The notes: a model not told the origin generated them from the sequence alone. Positions 1 through 9,786 are shown, counted from the first letter of the stretch. The stretch is 48,093 nucleotides of DNA from Candidatus Methylomirabilota bacterium (GCA_046728035.1 JBKPDT010000160.1:1-48093), one strand, 5' to 3'. Made by a program: numbers and translations.

Positions 1-299
1 AGCGCCACCTCGACGGGCGCGTGCCCGCCTCCGTAATACACCGGCCCAAGCAGGGCTTCGAGATTCCACTCGCCACCTGGCTCCGGGGAGAGCTGCGCGA
101 GATGGGGCACGAGTTGCTGCTTTCCCCGCGCGCCCTAGGCCGGGGCTACGTGCTACCGGCGCGCGTCCAGACGATCTGGGACGAGCATCAGCGCGGCATC
201 CGCGACCGCGCGTCTCTCCTCTGGGCTCTCATGGTCCTCGAGCTCTGGCATCGCACCTTCGTGGACCAGGCGCCCCCCGAGGGGCCGACCGCGCCGTGA
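1..299 (+). CDS. Asparagine synthase (AsnB, class II amidotransferase) family protein, C-terminal fragment; the 5' part lies upstream of the window
   Basis: The frame is open from the window edge to TGA 297-299. Translation '...VIHRPKQGFEIPLATWLRGELREMGHELLLSP...LWALMVLELWHRTF' is a typical AsnB C-terminal tail. Likely the exosortase-associated amidotransferase type. Confidence 0.8.
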   Translation, partial: RHLDGRVPASVIHRPKQGFEIPLATWLRGELREMGHELLLSPRALGRGYVLPARVQTIWDEHQRGIRDRASLLWALMVLELWHRTFVDQAPPEGPTAP

Positions 300-1054
300 G
301 CCGCTTCGAGGACGAGTGGCAGAAGCGCTTCGAGCGCTTCGCGCGGACGTCCGCGGACGAGGCCCTGATCTCGGGCTGGTCGCCGACCGGGCTGCGCCGG
401 CGGTTCGCCATCTTCGCCTCACTCGTCCCGTCGCTCCGGCTGCCCGAGGCGGCCCAGGCGCTCGATCTGGGGTGCGGTGGCGGCACGTATGTGCGCTATC
501 TGGCCGGCCTCGGCCATCGTGTGGTGGGGCTCGACTACTCCGTGCCCAGCCTGGAACGCGCGTGGGCGGCCGACCCGGGCCCCAAGGGCCGCTACCTCGC
601 GGGGGATGCCTATGGGCTGCCCTTCCGCGGCGCCGCCTTCGATCTCGTGGTCTCCATCGGCGTGCTTCAGACCTTGGGTGAGCCGGAGCGCGCCCTGGGC
701 GAGATGGCCCGCGTCCTGCGTCCGGGGGGCGTACTGGTGGTCGAGGCGCTCAACCGGAGGGCCCTGGTCACCCGGGCGCGACGTGTGGTCGCGCGGGCGC
801 GTGGGTGGTCCGAGCGGGTACGGGTGTGGGACCCCGTCGACGTGGTGGGCTGGCTCGAGGGCCACGGCCTCGAGCCCCTGCACCGGGCCGGCATCTACCT
901 CCCGCCCCGCCGCGCCGGGACCCTGGATCACCTCCTCGGGAGCGCGCCTGCCGTGCGCGCCCTGGATCGGAGCCGCCGCTTGAGCAATCTCACCGCTCAC
1001 GGCTTCCTCTTCTCCGCGCGCCGCCGGTCCGGCGGCTCCGCGATGGGAGTTTGA
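296..1054 (+). CDS. Class I SAM-dependent methyltransferase
   Basis: GTG 296 overlaps the upstream stop (GTGA). Has motif I 'ALDLGCGGGTYVRYLAGLGHRVVGLDYS' and post-I/II elements 'GDAYGLPF', 'VLRPGGVLVVEALN'. Confidence 0.85.
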   Translation: MSRFEDEWQKRFERFARTSADEALISGWSPTGLRRRFAIFASLVPSLRLPEAAQALDLGCGGGTYVRYLAGLGHRVVGLDYSVPSLERAWAADPGPKGRYLAGDAYGLPFRGAAFDLVVSIGVLQTLGEPERALGEMARVLRPGGVLVVEALNRRALVTRARRVVARARGWSERVRVWDPVDVVGWLEGHGLEPLHRAGIYLPPRRAGTLDHLLGSAPAVRALDRSRRLSNLTAHGFLFSARRRSGGSAMGV

Positions 1055-1058
1055 TCCC

Positions 1059-2933
1059 ATGTACGGACTCGTCGCCGGCTTCGGCTCCGCCGCCTCCCGC
1101 GTGTCCCCATCCGTCCTTCCGGCGGCCATCGACGACGACGGCGACGCCAAGGTGGGACACTTCACCGATGAGCGCTCGGTGTCCGTGATGGTCATGGTGC
1201 CTCGCGAATCCCACCTCGCGCCCCTCTTGGCCTGGCGACGCGACGGCCGCCTCGGTATCGCGGTGGATGGGTACCTCACCACCGACGTGGCCGGACCCCC
1301 CGGCCGTCAGGTCGAGCGCCTGCTGGAGATGATCGAGGAGCGCGGGGTGGAGTCTGCCCTCGGCGCGGTGGTGGCAGGCGCGTTCAACCTGGTGGTGATC
1401 GACCTCGACGCCCGCACCTTCGTCGTCGCCAACGACCGGCTCGGCCCCATCCCGCTCTACGTGGCCGAGACGCGCGGCGGCGCCGTGGTGTCCACGCTCC
1501 CGCGCCTGCCGGTCACCACCGGCCTCGTCTCGAGGGAGCCCGATCTCACGGCATGCGCCGAGCTGATCTACCTCGGGAACACCATCGGCGACCGCTACTA
1601 CCTCAAGGGACTGCGCCGGCTCCCCCGCGCCTCGATCCTCAAGTGGGAGGAGGGAAGCGGCCGGCTCGAGGCGCGACAGACCTCACTGGCGCATCTCCCC
1701 GACGTAGCCGCGACGGCGCCCGCCGACCTCGACGCGATCGCCGAGACCGTCCGGGCCTCCTGTCGCCGCATGGCGGACGTGAGCGGGCGGACCGCCCTCT
1801 TCCTCAGCGGTGGGATGGACTCGCGCCTCATCCTCGCGGCGTGGCCGGCCGGCCGTGATCTCCCGTGCTACAGCTACGGCCCCGCGGAGTTCGCCGACGT
1901 GGCGATCGCCCGACAGCTCGCCGCCACGCGTGGCGCGCCCTTCACGCGGGTCCCCCTCGACGGGAACCAGGTCGCCGACGACATCGATCGGATGCTCTGC
2001 TTCACGGGGCCTCCGGCCTTTCCCAACCGGTACCTGGCCGCGCGTCGGGTCCTCCAGGACGGGTTCGACACCGTGCTCGATGGGTACATGGGCGACGTGC
2101 TGCTCGGGGGGTCGTTCTACGGCAAGGGCCCGGTCACGAGCCGGCTCGCCCGCTACGCGCGCTACGTCAACCGGCTCGTGGACGAACCGACCCGACGCAT
2201 CGGTCTCGACCGCCTCGCCGAGTGGATCTTCGCCGATATGCTCGATCCGGGTGCGCTCGCCTGGCTGGAGCGCAACGGCGACCCGGACTTCGCCCGCGCC
2301 CTCGCCGCGGAACGGCCGCGAATCCTCGAGGACATCTCCACCGAGCTCCGGCGGATGGCGTCTCCGGACGGATCGACGGCGCTCCTCTTCCGGAACTTCA
2401 CGATCGTCCACAAGGCTCTCCACAACTCCATCTTCCAGACCGTGGCCTCACGGCGCTTCGTCCGGGTCGGGGTCCCGTTGATGAACGATGGTCCGTTCCT
2501 CGAGGCCACCCTGCGCCTGCCCCCCGACGAGGTCGCCTTCCGGAAGCTATATATCCGTCTCTTCCGCCGCCACTTCCCGGCCTATGCCGACGCGCCGTAC
2601 GCGGCTTCCCTCCTGCCCCTGCGCCGTTCGCCGCTGCTCCATCACTGGGTGAGGTCCCTCGGTTCGCGACGGAACCGGCTGATCCCCCACGCGCGCGCGC
2701 TTGCGGTCGGGTTCGACGAGTGGCGGACATGGCTCGCCCAGAGTGAGGGGCTGCGCGAGCGCGCGGTGGTGCTGCTCGCTCGCCTCGGTGTCGCGAGCGC
2801 GGAGCGTCTTCGCGCCGCCGTGGAGCGCATCGGTGACGGCCGCGAATCCGGATCGGGCGATCTCCTGCACCTCGGCGGCCTCGCCTACCTTGTCCAGACG
2901 CCGCTCCGCCTGGGCGCGGCCGGGCCGCGCTGA
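1059..2933 (+). CDS. AsnB-like ATP-dependent amide synthetase, paralog 1 (PP-loop retained, N-terminal Cys nucleophile absent)
   Basis: ATG lies 4 nt after the upstream stop. Has the PP-loop 'LFLSGGMDSRLILAAW' (SGGxDS). The N-terminus is 'MYGLVAGFG' where AsnB has 'MCG'. The upstream in-frame codons (R-W-E-F-D-P) contain no Cys. Confidence 0.8.
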   Translation: MYGLVAGFGSAASRVSPSVLPAAIDDDGDAKVGHFTDERSVSVMVMVPRESHLAPLLAWRRDGRLGIAVDGYLTTDVAGPPGRQVERLLEMIEERGVESALGAVVAGAFNLVVIDLDARTFVVANDRLGPIPLYVAETRGGAVVSTLPRLPVTTGLVSREPDLTACAELIYLGNTIGDRYYLKGLRRLPRASILKWEEGSGRLEARQTSLAHLPDVAATAPADLDAIAETVRASCRRMADVSGRTALFLSGGMDSRLILAAWPAGRDLPCYSYGPAEFADVAIARQLAATRGAPFTRVPLDGNQVADDIDRMLCFTGPPAFPNRYLAARRVLQDGFDTVLDGYMGDVLLGGSFYGKGPVTSRLARYARYVNRLVDEPTRRIGLDRLAEWIFADMLDPGALAWLERNGDPDFARALAAERPRILEDISTELRRMASPDGSTALLFRNFTIVHKALHNSIFQTVASRRFVRVGVPLMNDGPFLEATLRLPPDEVAFRKLYIRLFRRHFPAYADAPYAASLLPLRRSPLLHHWVRSLGSRRNRLIPHARALAVGFDEWRTWLAQSEGLRERAVVLLARLGVASAERLRAAVERIGDGRESGSGDLLHLGGLAYLVQTPLRLGAAGPR

Positions 2934-2936
2934 CGC

Positions 2937-4835
2937 GTGCACGGCCTCGTCGCTGCCCTCGGAAGCGCCGCCCGGCACCTCACGCGCGAGGCGATCGTCC
3001 ATCACCTGGGCGTCCCCGCCGCAGACGCCGTCCATCTTGTCGCCGCCGAGCCCGGGGTGAGCGTGGCCCTCCTGGCCCCCTCCGGGACCGGCGCGATGCC
3101 GCCCATCGCACGGTCGGCCCGTGGATCGCTGGGTCTCGCGCTCACCGGCTATCTGCTGGTGGACTCCGCCTTGCCCGCGGACCGCCACCCCCGGCTACTG
3201 CTGGAGGCGGTGGAGCTTCGCGGGCTGGAGGCGGCCCTGCGCGACGTGGTGGCTGGCAGCTTCAATCTCGTTGTCGTGGATCGAGCGCGCGACCAGGTGC
3301 TCATCGCCAACGACCTCATCGCCTCGGTCGCCCTCTACTATGCCGAGGTCCCCGGCGGCGCCATCGCCACCACCATTCCGGGGTTGCTCCGGCTCGGCGG
3401 CCTTCTTCCCGCGGAGCTGGACTGGACGGGTGTCGCGGAGTTGGTCCAGCTGGGGCACACCGTCGGCGACCGGTATCCTATCGCGGGCGTGCGGCGCCTT
3501 CACGCGGCATCCGTCCTGTCCTGGGATGGAGGAGGCGCCCGTCTCGATGTCCACGCCACCGACCGCGACCCCAGCCGGCTTGCCGTCGAGCCGGGACACC
3601 CCGACCTTGACCATCTCGGCGACCTGATCGAGACAGCGTGCCGGCGACTGACCCGCCTGGATGGTCGCATTGCGAATCTCCAGAGTGGCGGGCTCGACTC
3701 GCGGCTCGTCCTCGCGGCGTGGCCTCGCGAGGCGCCGCTACCGTGCTACAGCTATGGGCCGGCGGACCTTGCCGACGTCGTCGTCGCCGCGCGGCTGGCC
3801 GAGGTCAGGGGCTCGTCGTTCTGCCGCGTTGCGCTTCCCGGCGACGCCGTGGCCGAGGCCTTCGACGACATGGCCCTCTTCGGGGGCGCGCCCCTGTACC
3901 CGAACCGGTACCTCGCCGCCCGGCACCTTCGTGGAGACGGTTTCGGCGCGGCGGTGGATGGCCTGATGGGCGACCTTCTGATGGGCGGGACCTCATTCAT
4001 TTACCAGGACCGGTTCTCGCGGGTCGGACGATATCTCAAGTCCATTCACCGCTTCGTCGACGGCTCCGTCCGCCGCATCGGCCTCGATGCCCTGACTGAG
4101 ATCATCCTCGACAGCCACACCGACCCCACCGCCGGAGCCTGGGCCGCGCGACACCTGGCCCCCGAGGTCGCCGCGCGCCTGACCGCCGCGACGACCGAGA
4201 TCCGGCAGGACATATGGAGCGAGCTCGGCCGGCTCGCCCCCGACCAGGATTCGGCCGCGCTTCTCCTCCGGAGGTTCCGGATGAGGAGCCGGAGCGCCAA
4301 CTATACCCGTCAGCAGGGTGTCTTCACCCGTCGCTTCGTGCACGTCTACTACCCGTTCCCGGCGGATGTGCCGCTGCTCGAGGCGTTCTTCCGTGTGGAG
4401 CCCCGGGTGACCGCCTTCCACCGGAACCAGATCCGCTTGTTCCGGCGCCGCTATCCGGCGTATGCCGAGGTGCCGTATGCGGCGTCCTTGCTCCCGGTGA
4501 AGCGCGATTCGCTCGTGCACCTGTGGGGACCGAGGCTACGCCGGCGCGGTCTTCGGCTTCCGCTCTTCGAGCCGCGCATCGCCGGTGTAAGGGGAGACTA
4601 CGACGAGTGGCACGAGTGGTTCCAGGCCAGCCCGGCGCTCCGCGCGCGGGTCGGAGGGCTCCTCCCGAAGGTTGGCCTGGCCCATCCCGATCACCTACAA
4701 TCGAAGTTGGAGGACATCGAGCACGGGCGGGAGCTGGGCGCCGGCGAGCTCGCTCACCTGGCCGCCCTGGCCCACTTGCTCACCGCCTCGCCCGCGCGCG
4801 TGGCCCCATCCTCGCGGAGTGTGACAGGCCCATGA
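2937..4835 (+). CDS. AsnB-like ATP-dependent amide synthetase, paralog 2 (PP-loop retained, N-terminal Cys nucleophile absent)
   Basis: GTG 2937 sits one codon after the in-frame TGA 2931-2933, so no longer N-terminus is possible. The N-terminus is '(M)HGLVAALG'. Has the PP-loop 'NLQSGGLDSRLVLAAW'. Collinear with paralog 1 ('LPCYSYGPA..ADV', 'PNRYLAAR', 'DG.MGD.L.GG'). Confidence 0.8.
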   Translation: MHGLVAALGSAARHLTREAIVHHLGVPAADAVHLVAAEPGVSVALLAPSGTGAMPPIARSARGSLGLALTGYLLVDSALPADRHPRLLLEAVELRGLEAALRDVVAGSFNLVVVDRARDQVLIANDLIASVALYYAEVPGGAIATTIPGLLRLGGLLPAELDWTGVAELVQLGHTVGDRYPIAGVRRLHAASVLSWDGGGARLDVHATDRDPSRLAVEPGHPDLDHLGDLIETACRRLTRLDGRIANLQSGGLDSRLVLAAWPREAPLPCYSYGPADLADVVVAARLAEVRGSSFCRVALPGDAVAEAFDDMALFGGAPLYPNRYLAARHLRGDGFGAAVDGLMGDLLMGGTSFIYQDRFSRVGRYLKSIHRFVDGSVRRIGLDALTEIILDSHTDPTAGAWAARHLAPEVAARLTAATTEIRQDIWSELGRLAPDQDSAALLLRRFRMRSRSANYTRQQGVFTRRFVHVYYPFPADVPLLEAFFRVEPRVTAFHRNQIRLFRRRYPAYAEVPYAASLLPVKRDSLVHLWGPRLRRRGLRLPLFEPRIAGVRGDYDEWHEWFQASPALRARVGGLLPKVGLAHPDHLQSKLEDIEHGRELGAGELAHLAALAHLLTASPARVAPSSRSVTGP

Positions 4836-6016
4836 CCGTGCTACACGTCCTCGACCATTCGCTACCGGCGCTGAGCGGCTACAGCACGCGCAGCCGGAAC
4901 ATCGTCGTCTTCCAGCGCGAGGCGGGCCTGCGCCCGGTGGTCGTCACGTCACCCAAGCACCCCGTGGCGGGGCCCGAGCGCGAGGTGCTGGAGGGGATCG
5001 CGCACTACCGGACCCGGCCGGGCCGGGCGGTCGGCATCCCCTACGTTCGCGAGCTGGGCCTGATGGCGGCGCTGGCGCGCCGGATCCGGGACGTGGCGCG
5101 ATCGGAAGGGGCCCGGGTCCTCCACGCCCATTCGCCCGTACTCAATGGGCTGCCCGCGCTGTGGGTCGGGCGGCGCCTCGGGCTCCCCGTCGTCTACGAG
5201 GCCCGTGCCTTCTGGGAGGATGCCGCGGTCGATCAGCAGACCACGCGCGAGGGATCCCTCCGGTACCGGCTGACCCGGACGCTCGAGACATTCCTGTTCC
5301 GGCGGGTCGACCGCGTTGTCGTCATCGCCGAGGCCATGCGCCACGACATCGTCAGGCGCGGTGTCCCCGCCGAGCGTGTGACGGTGGTGCCCAATGGCGT
5401 GGACACGGACATCTTCAGCCCGGTGCTGCGGGACGAGCGCCTCGCCCGCTCGCTCGGCCTCGATGGAGCGCCGGTGCTCGGGTTCATCGGATCCTTCTAC
5501 CACTACGAGGGGCTGAGCCTCCTGCTCGAGGCGTTGCCCGCGCTGCGTGCGCGGATGCCGGGCGTCCGTGTGCTGCTGGTGGGGGGCGGCGACGAAGAGG
5601 TGGCCCTCCGGTCGATGTCGGCGCGCATCGGCGACGCCGTGGTCTTCGCGGGCCGAGTGCCCTACGACCGGATCCGCGACTACTACTCCCTCATCGACGT
5701 CTTCGTCTGCCCGCGGCGCCGGATGCGCCTGACCGAGCTCGTGACGCCCCTGAAGCCGCTCGAGGCGATGGCGATGGCCTGCCCGGTGCTCGCCAGCGAT
5801 GTGGGTGGACAGGCCGAGCTCATCCGCCACGACGTGACGGGTGTGCTCTTCTCCGCGGAGTCCCGCGACTCGCTCGTGGAGGCGGCGGCGGGGCTCGGTG
5901 CCGATCCCGCGCGGCGTGCCCGGCTCGGGCGCCAGGCGCGGGAATTCGTGGTGGCCCAGCGCGGGTGGCCCCAGGTGGTCGGCCGGTACCTGCCCCTCTA
6001 TGAGGCCGGAGCCTAG
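4832..6016 (+). CDS. GT4-family glycosyltransferase, exosortase/PEP-CTERM-associated type
   Basis: ATG 4832 overlaps the upstream TGA (ATGA). The N-terminus 'MTVLHVLDHSLPALSGYSTRSRNIV' resembles exosortase-A-associated GTs. The C-terminal GT4 motif is 'PLKPLEAMAMACPVLASDVGGQAELIRHDVTGVLF'. The track ORF start at 4214 is an upstream extension inside the previous gene. Confidence 0.85.
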   Translation: MTVLHVLDHSLPALSGYSTRSRNIVVFQREAGLRPVVVTSPKHPVAGPEREVLEGIAHYRTRPGRAVGIPYVRELGLMAALARRIRDVARSEGARVLHAHSPVLNGLPALWVGRRLGLPVVYEARAFWEDAAVDQQTTREGSLRYRLTRTLETFLFRRVDRVVVIAEAMRHDIVRRGVPAERVTVVPNGVDTDIFSPVLRDERLARSLGLDGAPVLGFIGSFYHYEGLSLLLEALPALRARMPGVRVLLVGGGDEEVALRSMSARIGDAVVFAGRVPYDRIRDYYSLIDVFVCPRRRMRLTELVTPLKPLEAMAMACPVLASDVGGQAELIRHDVTGVLFSAESRDSLVEAAAGLGADPARRARLGRQAREFVVAQRGWPQVVGRYLPLYEAGA

Positions 6017-7256
6017 GCGCGCCGTGCGAGCCCTCGTCCTGTCCTCGACGTTTCCCAACGCCAATCAGCCCACGCTGGGCGTCTTCATCCGCGAGCGGAT
6101 GCGAGCCCTCGCCGGCCGGTGCGAGCTGCGCGTGGTGGCGCCGGTGCCGTGGTTCCCCGCCAATGGGCTCATCCGCGGCGCGAGCGTGGTCGGGCTCCCG
6201 GCAGTCGAGGACGGCGGCGGGTTCCCCGTCTATCACCCGTCCTTCCTGTCCGTCCCGCGCTATCTCAAGTGCCTCGACGGCCTTCTCTACGCGATCTCGT
6301 TGGCCCCGTTCGTGGCGCGCCTGCGCCGGCAATTCCCGTTCGATCTGATCGACGCCCATTTCGCCTACCCCGATGGCGTCGCCGCCGTGCTCCTGGGCCG
6401 GCTCCTGCGCAGGCCGGTGGTCATCACGCTCCGCGGCAGCATTGTCCGTCTCCAGCACTACCGGCTCCATCGGCCACAGATCCGCCGGGCCCTGGAGGGC
6501 GCCGCGGGGATCATCGCGGTGAGCCAGTCGCTGAAGGACGTCGCCGCCGGCCTGGGCATCGTGCCGGAGCGGATCACGGTGATCCCGAACGGCGTGGATC
6601 TCGCAAAGTTCCATCCGGTCACCCGGGCCGCAGCCCGGGCGACGTGCGGGCTCCCCGCGGACCGGCCGGTCATCCTCACCGTCGGCGGCATCTACGAGGG
6701 CAAGGGACAACATCTGGTCGTCGAGGCCCTGGCCAGCCTGTCGGCCCGCTATCCCGACGCGCTCTACGTGATGGTGGGGGGCGATCGCCGAGACGGCTAT
6801 CCAGAGCGCGTGCGGGAGCTCGCCACACGGAGCGGCCTGGCCGACCGGCTGCGCTTCGCGGGGGCTCACCCCCACACAGCGCTCGCCGCCTGGTACTCCG
6901 CCGCAGACGTCTTCTGCCTCGCCACCCAATCCGAGGGCTGGGCCAATGTGCTCCTGGAAGCGCTCGCCTGCGGGACGCCGGTGGTCACCACCCGGGTCGG
7001 CGGCAATGCCGAGATCGTCCGCGAGGGGCGTGACGGCCTGCTCGTGCCGTTCGGCGACGTGCCCGCTCTTGCGCGGGCCCTCGACCGCGCGCTCACGTCG
7101 AGCTGGGACTCCGCCGCGCTCACCGCCCATGCCGCCGGGCACACGTGGCACGCCGCCGCGAACGGCGTGATGGGCGAGTTCGCGCGCGTCGTGGCCGCCG
7201 TGCCGTCCGTCGGCTCGGCGAATCCCAAGCGTTCGACCGCGGTGTCCAACCGATGA
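6000..7256 (+). CDS. GT4-family glycosyltransferase
   Basis: ATG 6000 gives a 17-nt overlap with the upstream gene. Has 'RALVLSSTFPNANQPTLGVFIRERM' and the GT4 C-terminal motif 'SEGWANVLLEALACGTPVVTTRVGGNAEIVREGRDGLLV'. Confidence 0.8.
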   Translation: MRPEPRRAVRALVLSSTFPNANQPTLGVFIRERMRALAGRCELRVVAPVPWFPANGLIRGASVVGLPAVEDGGGFPVYHPSFLSVPRYLKCLDGLLYAISLAPFVARLRRQFPFDLIDAHFAYPDGVAAVLLGRLLRRPVVITLRGSIVRLQHYRLHRPQIRRALEGAAGIIAVSQSLKDVAAGLGIVPERITVIPNGVDLAKFHPVTRAAARATCGLPADRPVILTVGGIYEGKGQHLVVEALASLSARYPDALYVMVGGDRRDGYPERVRELATRSGLADRLRFAGAHPHTALAAWYSAADVFCLATQSEGWANVLLEALACGTPVVTTRVGGNAEIVREGRDGLLVPFGDVPALARALDRALTSSWDSAALTAHAAGHTWHAAANGVMGEFARVVAAVPSVGSANPKRSTAVSNR

Positions 7257-8425
7257 TCACCACGCTCTGGCGGAAGCGGCTCTACCGTACCGAGGCCCTG
7301 CGCCTCATGGCCCGTGACCTCCGGGGCTGGCGTGGGCCCGTGCGCGCGCCCGGCGAGCATCTGGACGCGGCCGCCCGCTGGATCCTGCGCGCCCAGGCGG
7401 CGACGCGGGACGACGGGGTGTCTGGCGGCTACTCGCTCGAGGACGGGTGGATCGCCTCCTATCCGGAGACGACCGGTTACATCATCCCGACCCTCCTCGC
7501 CTACGCGGACTATTCCGGCAAGCGCGAGTACGCCGCGCACGCGCTCGCCATGGCCGACTGGGAGTGCGCGGTGCAGCTCCCGGAAGGCGGCTTCCCGGGC
7601 CACTTCGTGAACCAGACCAATCCCCCCGCGGTCTTCAACACCGGACAGGTAATCTTCGGCCTCCTCGCAGCGCACGAGACGTTCGGGAACCCGCGGTTTC
7701 TCGACGCCGCCCGGCGAGCGGGGGCCTGGCTCGCGGCCATCCAGGAGCGCGACGGCTCGTGGCGCCGGTTCGACTACCGCGACACGGTGCACGTCTACAA
7801 CACCCGCACGGCGTGGGCTCTCGTGGAGCTGGGCCTGGCCGCGGGCGCCGACGCGACGCGCGCCGCCGGCGAGCGGCACCTCGACTGGGCGCTGGACCAG
7901 CAGGATCGGGACGGTTGGTTCCGCAACGCCGCGTTCGGCGCCGGCGAGGACCCGTTCCTGCACACCATCGCTTATACGACACAGGGGCTGCTCGAGGCCG
8001 GCCTTCGGGTCGGCCGGGCCGACTACGTGGCGGCCGCGGAGCGCGCCTGCCGCGCGCTCGTGCCCCACGTGCGGCCCGACGGCCATATCCCGGGCACCTT
8101 CGCGCCGGGCTGGCGCCCCACCGCCCGCTACTCGTGCCTGACCGGAAACGCCCAGATGGCGGCCCAGTGGCTCCGGCTCCACGATCGCACGGGCGACCCG
8201 GGATTCCGGGAAGCCGCCGTCCGCGCCCTGACGTTCCTCAAGCGCACGCAGGATTGCGAGACGCACAATCCTCACGCGCGCGGGGCCATCAAGGGCTCAC
8301 ACCCCTTCTGGGGGCGCTATCTCTTCGGCACCTATCCCAACTGGGCCGTGAAGTTCTTCATGGACGCCCTCCTCATGGAGGAGCTCGTCCTCACGGGACG
8401 GAAGTCATGCATCCGCTGCTGGTGA
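7253..8425 (+). CDS. Prenyltransferase/squalene-cyclase-like (alpha/alpha)6-barrel protein with QW repeats
   Basis: ATG 7253 overlaps the upstream TGA (ATGA). Has QW-type repeats 'WLAAIQERDGSWRRF' and 'LDWALDQQDRDGWFRN', plus 'SYPETTGYIIPTLL'. Function is unknown in this context. Confidence 0.6.
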   Translation: MITTLWRKRLYRTEALRLMARDLRGWRGPVRAPGEHLDAAARWILRAQAATRDDGVSGGYSLEDGWIASYPETTGYIIPTLLAYADYSGKREYAAHALAMADWECAVQLPEGGFPGHFVNQTNPPAVFNTGQVIFGLLAAHETFGNPRFLDAARRAGAWLAAIQERDGSWRRFDYRDTVHVYNTRTAWALVELGLAAGADATRAAGERHLDWALDQQDRDGWFRNAAFGAGEDPFLHTIAYTTQGLLEAGLRVGRADYVAAAERACRALVPHVRPDGHIPGTFAPGWRPTARYSCLTGNAQMAAQWLRLHDRTGDPGFREAAVRALTFLKRTQDCETHNPHARGAIKGSHPFWGRYLFGTYPNWAVKFFMDALLMEELVLTGRKSCIRCW

Positions 8426-9786
8426 AGACGGTCGTCTACCCGCTCCACGAGCGGCTCAAGGGGAAGGGCACCTTTCCCTGGCTCCGCCGGCTCGAGGCGA
8501 GCCAGTGGTGGACGCCGGGCCGGCTCGCCGCCGCCCAACTCGACCGGCTGAGGGCGCATCTCGAGTGGGCGTACGCGCGCGTGCCGTACTACCGGGGGCT
8601 CTTCGATGAGCACGGGCTGCGGCCAGCGTCGATACAGACCCTCGACGACTTCCGCCGCGTGCCGTTCCTCACCCGCGAGATACTCCGCGACCGCGGCCCC
8701 GACCTGGCCGCCCGCGCGCGGCTCCGCGGGGTCCAGCGCCTCGCCACCGGCGGCTCCACCGGCGCGCCGGTCGCCATCCTGATCGACGCGGAGCGGATGG
8801 GCGTCGGGGACGGCATTCGCCTCCGCGCGCACCGTTGGTTCGGAATCGAGCCGGGCGCCCGCGAGGTGGTGCTGTGGGGCTCGCCCATCGAGGTCACACG
8901 CCAGGATCGCGTCCGCATCCTGCGTGACCGCTTCCTGAACTCCACCCTGCTCTCGGCGTTCAACATGGGCGAGCCCGAGATGGCGCGCTACGGCGAGGCC
9001 ATCGCCCGGATCGGCCCGGAGAAGATGTACGGGTACGCGAGCGCCTTCACTCTCCTCGCCGGGTACCTGCGGGCCAGGGGCTGGACGCCCCCGGCGGGCC
9101 TGAAGGCCATCTTCACTACCGCCGAGCCCCTCTTCGATTTTCAGCGGAAGGCCATCGAGGAGGCGTTCGGCTCCCGGGTCGCGACCGAGTACGGCTCGCG
9201 CGACGCGGGCCTCACCGCCAACGAGTGCCCGGAGGGATCGCTCCACGTCCCCGCCGAGGGCATCCTCGTCGAGGTCGACGGGGCGGGTGCGGACGGCCTT
9301 GGCGAGATCGTCGTGACCAATCTCTACTCGCCGGCGATGCCGATCATCCGCTACCGCACCGGCGACCTCGGCCGCCTCGATCCGGCCCCCTGCCCGTGCG
9401 GGCGCGGGCTGCCCCGGCTGGCCAGCGTCGAGGGACGGCGGACGGACTTTCTCGTCGCCACCGACGGTCGCCTCCTGCACGCCCTGTCCATCATCTATAT
9501 CCTCCGCGAGACCCCCGGTCTCGCCCAGTTCCGCGTCGTCCAGGAGGAGGTCGAGCGGGTGACGATACAGGTTGCGCCTGCCGACGCCTTGTCCGAGGCG
9601 GGCCGGCGGTGGCTGGTCGAGCGCGTGCAGGCCCTTCTAGGCGCCTCCGTCCGGGTCGCCGTGGAGGCCGTGGGGGACATTCCCGCCGAAGCCTCGGGGA
9701 AGCACCGGTACGTGGTGTCGAAGGTTGCCGATCGTTACGTGGGCGAGCTTCTGTCGGGCGCGGCCAACGGGAAGGGGCGGCGATGA
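8407..9786 (+). CDS. Phenylacetate-CoA ligase / CapK / F390-synthetase-like adenylate-forming enzyme
   Basis: ATG 8407 gives a 19-nt overlap with the upstream gene. Has 'VPYYRGLFDEHGLRPASIQTLDDFRRVPFLTREILRD', the P-loop-like 'LATGGSTGAPVAI', and 'YGSRDAG', 'IIRYRTGDLG'. Confidence 0.75.
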   Translation: MHPLLVKTVVYPLHERLKGKGTFPWLRRLEASQWWTPGRLAAAQLDRLRAHLEWAYARVPYYRGLFDEHGLRPASIQTLDDFRRVPFLTREILRDRGPDLAARARLRGVQRLATGGSTGAPVAILIDAERMGVGDGIRLRAHRWFGIEPGAREVVLWGSPIEVTRQDRVRILRDRFLNSTLLSAFNMGEPEMARYGEAIARIGPEKMYGYASAFTLLAGYLRARGWTPPAGLKAIFTTAEPLFDFQRKAIEEAFGSRVATEYGSRDAGLTANECPEGSLHVPAEGILVEVDGAGADGLGEIVVTNLYSPAMPIIRYRTGDLGRLDPAPCPCGRGLPRLASVEGRRTDFLVATDGRLLHALSIIYILRETPGLAQFRVVQEEVERVTIQVAPADALSEAGRRWLVERVQALLGASVRVAVEAVGDIPAEASGKHRYVVSKVADRYVGELLSGAANGKGRR

